Shown here: positions 36,067 through 64,000 of the stretch, in pieces
How the letters are laid out: every line of letters starts with the position of its first letter
Position numbering within the stretch: position 1 is the first letter of the stretch
NCBI RefSeq assembly: GCF_040938485.1
Contig: NW_027272094.1
Location: 744,001-808,000, forward strand
Length of the DNA: 64,000 bases
Direction: 5' to 3'
Source: Diadema antillarum
Taxonomy: Eukaryota
Position numbers and translations under genes: made by a program
The notes under the pieces: generated by a model
What the model saw: only the letters and a program-made list of their open reading frames with translations
What the model was told of the DNA's origin: nothing
The model's database searches: none

Positions 36067-39000
36067 TGTTCATGGATTTTGAAAACGTCTGAACAGCGAC
36101 TACACAGTCTTACGGGTTGACGACACGAAAGGTAACTGCTACAGACGAGTCCTCTCACTCAAGTCACATCACTCGTTGAGGCATATGTTGCGCAACATTT
36201 CTTCCTTTCTACATCATAATAAAAAAAAAGCAATGCTATTCCTGAGGAAAGAAGCTTCATAAAATCAACTGTTTCTATTTTCACCATGTTTGCGACAAAA
36301 AAGAGCAAGAGGGAAATGAATAAAATCTGATGCGACGGGGTTCAATACCTGGTTATGTGCTAATATTCCTGCATATCAAAAATTAATTTCTGCACACCGG
36401 TCATGCGGCTGGGAGTCGAAAATGATTAGAATGGAATAATGTGTGCTTCATTTCAAATTAGCCGATATGCAATTTGCTAGATGTAAATTCATACACACTT
36501 CGGTTAACATCCTCTGTTTTACTTGAGTCCAGCGGGCATACATTTAACATGATTTTTCAGATGAAAAGAATGGCAAAATTTTCTATTTCACATGATATTT
36601 ATTCTGCGTAAGCGATCACCTTGCTATAACGACCTCTACAATGTCAACTGTCGACTCCTTTCACGCAAATGCACACATAACAATGCATTGAGACGTAAAT
36701 GTACATAAACAACCTGCATACTATTAAGGCTATGGAGGTCGCTGATGACACGTTCACAATCATTCAAGTGGGACAACTATTTCTTTGCTTCTGCTATGAA
36801 GTGTCGATTGACTTTAACATTTTCTTGAGAGACACATATACAGCTCCAAAGTGTGACGTCTTGGCTTATCGCCATGGAAACTGGTTCTATAAACAACCTC
36901 ACATGGCCTGAATATCGATCTGTGAACACACCTGGTTCCACGCCAAGCTATAAGACAAGACTGTGATATCATCACTTCGGTACTCTACTGAGTATTTCCT
37001 CACACATCTGTTCATGGCATACCATGGATATCGTATTGTTACATGTCATTGAAGACACTAGATATCGATCCATCTGAGCACAAAAATGTGCACATGAAAA
37101 TAATGTGACTGCGCTTTTTGCTGTTTTTTTTCTTTTCTGTCTTTTTGAGAATACAATAATTTATGAAAAACATAGAGCTTCCTTTGAAGTTATGTGACTG
37201 TAAAGACAACTGTAAAGAAAATTTTTATGTCTACCTTGACAGCATTATAATGATGGTGAAATTAGACAAGTTGTATCAATTCATTAAACTCAGACTGTTA
37301 GCTCGGCTACTGCATTGACAATTGTATTTCAACTGCACACAAAACACAGGGGGGAGTTCCCCCCCCCCCCCCCCCCCCGTCCATCTGAAAGGAGAATCCA
37401 TTCCTTTAACAGACACACAGAAAACTGTCTGAAAGTTTGTATCGCTACCTCCCATTTCAAAATCTTCACTTATGGTCAACGGTATCAAAATATCAGGAAT
37501 TGTTGGTCACTTGATTTATTTTTTTATTTTCAATGAGAGTATGGTAATCAAAGTACAATTCTTTGTCTCAAGGAACATAGGTTGCCTACATGCAAAAATT
37601 ACAAATATCCATTGGATTTCGTATATTCTTTTGCTCCTGCAAAGACATAATTTTACTTGGCTTTTAAAAAAGAAAGAAAAAGAACTACAACTAGATGACT
37701 TACACAATAATAAGCCTGAGTGAAGTTCAAGAAAATATTGCAAGCATCCATTTTTTTTTCACAATCTACACAAGATATTATGTGACATGCAAGTAAGAAA
37801 ATTTGGTCAAGGAAATTATTTCAAAGACGCAACATTTGGACAATCAAATCACCAACGTATCCTGTATTATATTACATTTCATCATCGGCTTGCATGGACA
37901 AAAAAATAATTACGCCAGTCCCACACATCCGTATCTGTGTAAATTGTCATTCAGCATACTTGGTTTCCAGCAGGTGTTTAGTATGTATGGTCACATGTGT
38001 TTACCAACACATTCAGTAAATCTGTAATTTCATCAAACACTGACAAAATCATTCTTTTCATATGAATTTGTGAACAAGACTATGATAGGAGTTGAATACA
38101 GCTGCCACCTCTGGAAAAATTACCCTCCAATATAAAAACCATGCCATGATAAGCATTCCGTTGGTTGCACCCTGTGCTTTTTCCGGTGACATTTGAGTAT
38201 ACAGTATAAGGTCACAAGGATAAACAAAACGGGGGGGGGGGGGGGGGGTACTAAAGAGGGGGATGTATTATAATTATGCACGGTTTCAGGCTAATCAAAT
38301 TCCAAGTTTTCAATTAATCAACACAAGGTGGAATATAAAGTAGATGTAAAAACTTATCCAGGACTGAAGTGAGACCATACCACACTGAAAATGGTGTGTA
38401 GTGTAGTTAAAAACAGCTTTACACTTGTAGAGAAAAGAGAACACACAATGAATATTGGAAGAACAAAAATCATTGCAACTGATTGACAAATTGCCCTACA
38501 GAAGAAAATTATGAATTTGAATAACAAAAATCATGATGACATCACTTTGCACAATTCTGGCTGAGAATACTGGTAGATCAGTCTTGTCCATGCTACTACA
38601 AACAACATCCTCAATATAGTGTGTCTCAAATATATTTGGTACAAGCATATTGGACTTGTTGCCATGAGAAATCATTAAATATCACTTACATTTCATTCCA
38701 TTCCCCTCCAAATTAAAATATGCACCTTCTACCTTAAGAGGTGAAAATGCACACCTAGGCTCAGTTTTGTTTTGTTTTTGTTCGTTTGTTTGTTTGTTTT
38801 TGTTCTTGTTTTTGTTTTTTCAAATAATGTCACAAGTTCAGGATATTCATGTTTTGTTCACATTTGAGTAACACCGATGTCAACACCATGTTATAACATT
38901 GACATATTAAGAGTTAAAGCTATTTAGACATTACAAAAAGAGGGTATTTTAAAATGCATTCTATTTTTTTCCAACTACACATAAGACAATTAGTTGAATA

Positions 39001-39359
39001 ATTAAGCAAACACATTTTTGCAATAAAGTCTTGCCTTAGTCACAGAAAATTTCTGTCCTTCACGAAGAAATTTAAAAAATATGATTTCATCTAATACTCA
39101 TTAATCATGCTCACTTGTTTCTTTATGATTTCTTGCTACACAAGAACATATATTTGGCCCATTATTAAAGAGACTTGTTGCAAAAGGCCAGACACAAAAC
39201 ATGGCAGAATAACTTAAAGGAATTCATACTGCATGTACTGAGATATAACACCAGAGAAGCTATAGCAGGCTTGCTAATCTAATGTATGTACGTTAATTAC
39301 TAAAAGAAAATGAAATCAATTCAATGATTATATGTTATGAAATTCTCATTTATGGCTTC

Positions 39360-39400
39360 TAGTATAGTATAGTATAGTATAGTATAGTATAGTATAGTAT
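39360..39400. repeat. (AGTAT)n pentanucleotide microsatellite
   Basis: direct reading. Confidence 0.9.
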
Positions 39401-39473
39401 ACATACTATGCTGTGATCACAGTTATATCATCAAAACTTGCAGTTTTCGGTTCTTAATTTGAAAATATATATA

Positions 39474-39680
39474 CTGTAAAACAAGAAATTTTCGCGTGCA
39501 TTTTAATTTCGCGAATTTCGCGAGCGCCAAAATTTGCGAAATTAAAATGCACGCGAAAGTTTTTGTCTACACTACATGCATTGAACGCCAGTGGCAATTC
39601 GCGAAAATTTCATGCCGCGAAAAAGGCTGTCAGCTCCAATTCGCGAAAATTTCATGCCGCGAATATATCATGTTTTACAG
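39474..39680. mobile_element. Tc1/mariner-type MITE (TA TSD)
   Basis: TA|CTGTAAAAC...GTTTTACAG|TA; internal ttcgcgaa repeats. Confidence 0.8.
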
Positions 39681-42600
39681 TATAACATAGCATTGTTCAT
39701 CAGCAATTAAAACTATACTTGTACATTGTAAGTATTACAACATGCTGTGTCTGAGCTAGAATTAAGTCATCTAAACATGTAATTTTAATTCTTCGTTTTT
39801 GTTATAAAAGGATATGTATCAACAAATGTTTTCAAGTGAATTTTCATCAATCTGAAATACAAACGAGCGTGAAAGTCTTGAGCACCAGCCATAACAAAGG
39901 GAAGACTTTCCTTACTTTTGGGTTTTTTTGTTTTTTTTTCTTGTTTGGTATTGGTGCTATTGTATGTATGATATAGGAACCCTGGCTGCAGTCTTGTTTA
40001 TAAAATTACAATGAGAATGTGAAACCAACAACTCTGGTTCTCCTCTGGCAAAAAAAGAAAGAAAGAAAGAAAGAAAATACACTATCAATTCAAGGAATGT
40101 TGAAGAATAGGCAAATTAGAAGGCATTTCATTTTAAAAAAAAGTTGATGTAAAAACAAATCAAACATCAATCACATAATATTCAACCTCAGTCCATTGAC
40201 CTTTAAACTAGATACAAGACATCACAGACTATCACTTGCAGGGTTTGATCGCATAACGGATTAAGCGCCATTTTAAACCATTTTGAAGTAAGTCTATCAT
40301 CAGATAGAGCAAAATAAAACCTTTGTTTCTAAGCTAATTTAATCGCAAACATCTCAAATTAATAAGAATGGAGTTAAGTCATTTTGCGATCAAACTCTTC
40401 ATTCGTACAATGCAAACTGCCTGTGCCACAGATACAGACAATAACATCTGATATTGCCTACTGTCTCTGTCTCAAAGGAGACAGTATGACATGGCTGACA
40501 ATCACAATATTTGCTGCCCGTGCACTACAAGGGGAGAATATTCCAAAATATTGCCTTATCACTAGCAACACATTGCACTTTGTTTCTGACGGGTCAAATA
40601 TAACCCTCTCATGCACGGTAAGCCAATATTGTACGAACGCCACTACAATGTACACGCACTTGTATACCACTAGAGCTGTTTCATATCTCATTCACATGTA
40701 ATATCCCTTCAGAAAGATCACAGGAATGCCCCCCTCCCCTATGGTCTAGCCCCCCCCCCCCCACTCTCCACACACAGCTTGAGGCCCGCACTGACTGGTT
40801 ACTTTCTGTTCAAGACTAGTAAATGTCACATGCTGATAAAAATTGCACCACCTTATCATAAAGCTGGACATGGATATCCTAGGAACAGGTGTTTCCTTGA
40901 AAAAGAGTGCCTGCTTTTGTCAGTACGCACAAGCATATCCTTCAAAGACAATGACTTTAGACCAGGATCTAGTAAACCCGACTAATAGGAGTCATTTTTG
41001 TCAACCCCTCACATGTACAAACAGAACACCATGACCATGACCGTCTCATGTCACAAATGAATGGGCAATACTACCAATTTCACATGAAATAAGAAAAATA
41101 GATTCTGATGTTATATATATGTCAAGATCAAAGCAATCAATTATATCTTAAAATTTTATGAAAATATATTGCAAGATTCTAGCTTAAATTTGAAGTTCTA
41201 CACGTGGCCATCCATACTATTAGTTGACAAGTCCACAAGTCCATTCCATGCAAGTCTTTAAAATCCAATTGTATTTTGTAAAACATCTCACCAGGTTACT
41301 GCATACATGTATAATGGGTTGAATCCACATCCTTCTATTCCTCAAAGACAGAATGTGAATGGGCATCATCCACTCTTAACGCACAACAGCTTGTTGTTGT
41401 TGTTGTTGTTTTTTTGTTAATCTTGTTTATATTAACACTAATTCCAACCCATGTAGTTACCAGGATGGGAGGAAACTCGTTACAAATCTTGATGGAATGT
41501 TCTGGAATAATCCAACAAAAAAGTCTGACTTTACACCCCCTCCACCCCCCCCCCAAAAAAAAAAAAACATAATTAAACAAATAAATAAATAAATAAAAAG
41601 TCTGCACATAAGGTACTGAGAATGAGATTTTTTTTTTTTTTTTTTGGCATGGCAAGTAAAAATATAAAAGAGAATATATTTTTGTTAACAAAAGACATTA
41701 CACTTATGTTCCTAAAATGTAAAGTCATAAATAAATTTTCATTTTGTCTCAATTCTGCTGGACAAGCAAATAGATGGGATATCAATAAGCACTGGAATTC
41801 ATCATCTTCACATTAAAGCCATCTCAGTTCATTTATATTTACTGTTTTCTATTCTTTTGTCTTCCTTTCTGGTTGAGCATTCTAGGGGAAATTAGAATTG
41901 TTTTCTGGGCTATGTGTAAATTCTTTCTTCCTGCTCGCCCCAAGGCTAAGTTTGGTTGCCCGAGAGAAAGGAGGTTTGAATACCGATAAGATAATTATGC
42001 TGGAAAAAAAAAAAACACTCTGGTAACACCTCTAATCATCATACACTGTATTTTATACATCTCAATTGACATCATTCACACTGACTGCTTAAGATGATAA
42101 CATTCAAACTAAACCTAGAGCTATTCATTGATCAGTTCTTATAACCTTTTCATAACCTTTGTATCAGACAGGTATCGGACTTGATTTGCATTCCTATTTT
42201 CTGGTACCTTTTATCCTGTATTCTTGCATGTGTCCTGTGCTAAGTATGTGTTAAGCCATGTAAACATGTGACTATAGATAATAAAATTCAACTTCAAATC
42301 GCCCCCCCCCCCCCCCACTTGCCCACTCTCTCTGAGCCTCCATCTCAATATAAAAAATGTCATCAATCATCCTATAATAGATTGGGATGAAATCCTGAAA
42401 AAAAGGAGATGACTACGAAAGCATTGCACGTACAGAAATATGATCAAATCAACAAGAATCGAGTGAATCTTCCACTACGGTACACACAAACAAAAACGAA
42501 ATATAAACACATGCCATTTGGCTCAATGGTAAAGAGCTTTGCAGAACGCCATGCATACACTGTAGCATTATCATCTTGAGCATAATCGAAAGCCACCAAG

Positions 42601-44739
42601 ATCGTGCAATGTGTTCCTTGGATGATACGCTCCTTCCTCAATCACTTTGATATCAAAACACAATGGAATAGAACATGCATGACATCTCGACATGCATTTC
42701 TTCTTTGATGATGAAAACGCATTACCACCTCCAACCGGAGCAAAATGCTCATTCGTAATGTTGCTTTCTCCGAGTGGCGGGACAACGCAATCCATTCCCT
42801 GGCATGAGTCTGTAATCCTCACTTTTAGGCAGGCTCTCATAAGAAATGGATTACTCTGAAACTTTCACGTGATCTCACAGGTAGGAATAAAAAAGGAAGA
42901 AGACTAAAAAGAAGCCGCATTTTGCTTTGGCTCAACAGCTAATCCTTATGTTGCAGTAGCCACTTCCTGTGACCTTTAACCCTTGGCACCGCTCAATTTC
43001 CTTTCACACGGCAGCACGGGCAACCATCTTGTTGATGTTTGGTCAACATGCAGTCAAAACAGGAAACAAAAAATTCACATCTTTGAACTACCATCTCTTT
43101 TAGAAAGTATCATAAACTCCCTTTAAAAAAAAGTGTTCATTTCCATACATCACTGGCTATGATAATGCTTTCTGCACACAACATATAATCCTAAGGACAA
43201 TACATTTGGTCACTGTGTCAAAATGCTACAGTTGTACATCTTTCACTTACCTAGAATAAGTACAAGAGGCCAATGAAATTGTCTTCAATACTTTTCCAGA
43301 CTCTTTTCCTTTCTCTCTCTCTCTCTCTCTTTCCATCTCTCTCACTCCCTTTCTCTTGCTCTCTCATGCTTCTTTAAATCAGAAAGAGCTGATGCATGTT
43401 GCATTTGTGGGGACAAAGCTTAGCATATACATGTAGATGACAGTTTAATCAAAAAAGGCCCCACCCTTTCTCCTGTTGCCATGCAACCACAAACGACACC
43501 CTCCCCCTCACACCAACACTCCTCCGAGAGTTGTATCTGTGTATAAAACATTCGAGAAGATTAACAGATAAAAACACCTGAGGGACAGCAAAAACAACGT
43601 TCTTTGTCAGTTTTACGAAAACTTGTGAACTTAACATGCCCCTTCTGGTCAACCACAGACGTCTGCATGTATGCACACTGCACACACAATTATGAAAGCA
43701 CTTCCACATCTATCTTCAATGAGCACCACTCACTGAGGTAAAATACTGCACTGTGTATTCATATGAGGTTTGCATTGCTGCTACAAAGAACGGAGCAAAG
43801 GTTTTTTTGTTTTGTTTTTTTTTCCCTCGTGGAAGCTTAGAAAATATAGCTGATGTATAGTTTAAAGTGTTATCTGGTGAGGCATTTTGTGATCGAAGAA
43901 ACTAGATCGGAGGATTACACCACTAATGCTTTTTCTACTTTTTTTTTTTTATATACAAAAATCTTGTTTTGATTTCTGATGTAAAACTTATATAAGCTTG
44001 CGTGAGATGTTCGTTCAGTGTGGTTATATGCTGGAGCAAACCGTTGAAAGGAGGAACCCTCACAGTTCAGCCAGCCAGAAGTCTACCGTTCGATGTCTTG
44101 CTGAGTCTCAGTGCCAACCGTGCGTGAAAATGATTCCCCCGACATTCCAGAGTGCAACTTAATGCAGCTCGCCAGGGGTCTGTGCAGTCGATGAGGACGA
44201 CACCACCCTTGTATGCCTTGCAATGCAAAATCCGCTTCGTTGACGACTTTTGATTGCATGACGATGATCATCACCATGGTTTAGAAGCTGAATATATCAG
44301 ATCTCCTGTCTTGTTTACTCACTTTTCAAATGATGAAAGAATGCTTCAACTTCTGATATGACTGTCGATCATGCTTTACACACAGTCTGGACGTAGTCTT
44401 AGTCATGTGTGGTTATTTTCACAGATGACAGATTTCAATTCAATGCAGTTTGTGTTTTCTCCTGTGTTCCCTAGCATCTACCTCCGTGCATCAATACGCA
44501 TTCATCTCTTCTTCAGTGTTGTAGTCATCTGTGCCACTGTTCCACTCTGCCACTGTTACATTACCTGCGGCGATTATTCTTTTTTTGTCTGTCTTTCTAT
44601 CTACTGTACCCTACATCTGCAGATCAATTGTGAGATGAAACAGGCTCTGTCTCTTCCCTCCTATATCGTCCCCATCTGCAGCGCAAAGCATCTGGTGGAC
44701 GAGAAACCGGAGACGGAGGTTGCTCATCCCTACTCTCTC

Positions 44740-63428
<18,689 letters not shown>

Positions 63429-64000
63429 CTGGATTACGAAGGGTGCATTTGGGAGAAGAAACTTGGATTTATGCCTCAAATTGCTTGTAAATCAACTTAC
63501 TTTGATAAAAATGACACAGATAACACACCGTTAAACCAATAACTTCGAGGCATGCAAAGACACAATTGTAGCTGGCAACCGGCACGATAACACAAACATG
63601 AGATCTTTAGTAATGCCTCATCAATATCAATGTCTTTGCCTATGTGTTCACACCCAATTATATGTGTCCAGAGCTTGTTGAGGTGGCAATGGAATTTTTC
63701 ATTCCCGTACAGGGAGTAGTTACTTTCATCTTCTGTGAAGTGCTTTTGTGCAAGCAAATTCGTATGTTTGGCAAGCAGTTTCAACCACTGTATATGCCAT
63801 ATTAATAGCGAGGTTAAATTTCTGCAAATCGGGACTTCTTGATAATTTCGCGAGTAGTTAAACTCGCAATCGTGGAGTAAAGCACTGAGAGGGAAACATA
63901 TATGTGCACGTCACATTCATATCGGGATCAGAGTCAATATTTTCGTGTGTCTTTAAATTGATGAATAGCACCTGACTCGTGAAATTTGCGAAAATAAAAA

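Noticed and set aside
42444-42840. Two overlapping minus-strand ORFs downstream of PI3K
   Set aside because: No recognisable motif and no consistent splice sites; likely UTR or intergenic.

Overview
Intron-rich, TE-dense animal genomic DNA, most likely an echinoderm such as a sea urchin. That assignment is inferred from a Deu/Nin-domain SINE, a foldback-type transposon and large AT-rich introns. Three protein-coding genes can be reconstructed by hand with phase-consistent GT-AG splicing. (1) The 3' ten exons of an ABCG half-transporter on + (282-25214). (2) A two-exon, uncharacterised secreted block-copolymer-like protein on + (29657-32845). It has a signal peptide, an Asp/Glu/Tyr-rich acidic block, a CKSGNC motif, poly-Gly/Trp spacers alternating with (Y/N)KP(K/R)P rods, a Pro-rich block, a Ser-rich block and a basic (KGSKS / KHSHGSKS) tail. 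Exon 2 is broken by many 1-bp indels, and its true C-terminus is absent from the ORF track. (3) The 3' fourteen exons of a class IA PI3-kinase catalytic subunit (p110beta/delta-like) on - (63428-44740). The introns hold many non-autonomous DNA elements (TTAA- and TA-targeting MITEs, a 2.8-kb foldback, tandem 1.42-kb TIR elements, Helentron-associated HINEs), a DeuSINE, an L2 LINE remnant and microsatellites. The secreted protein is the best candidate for undescribed biology.
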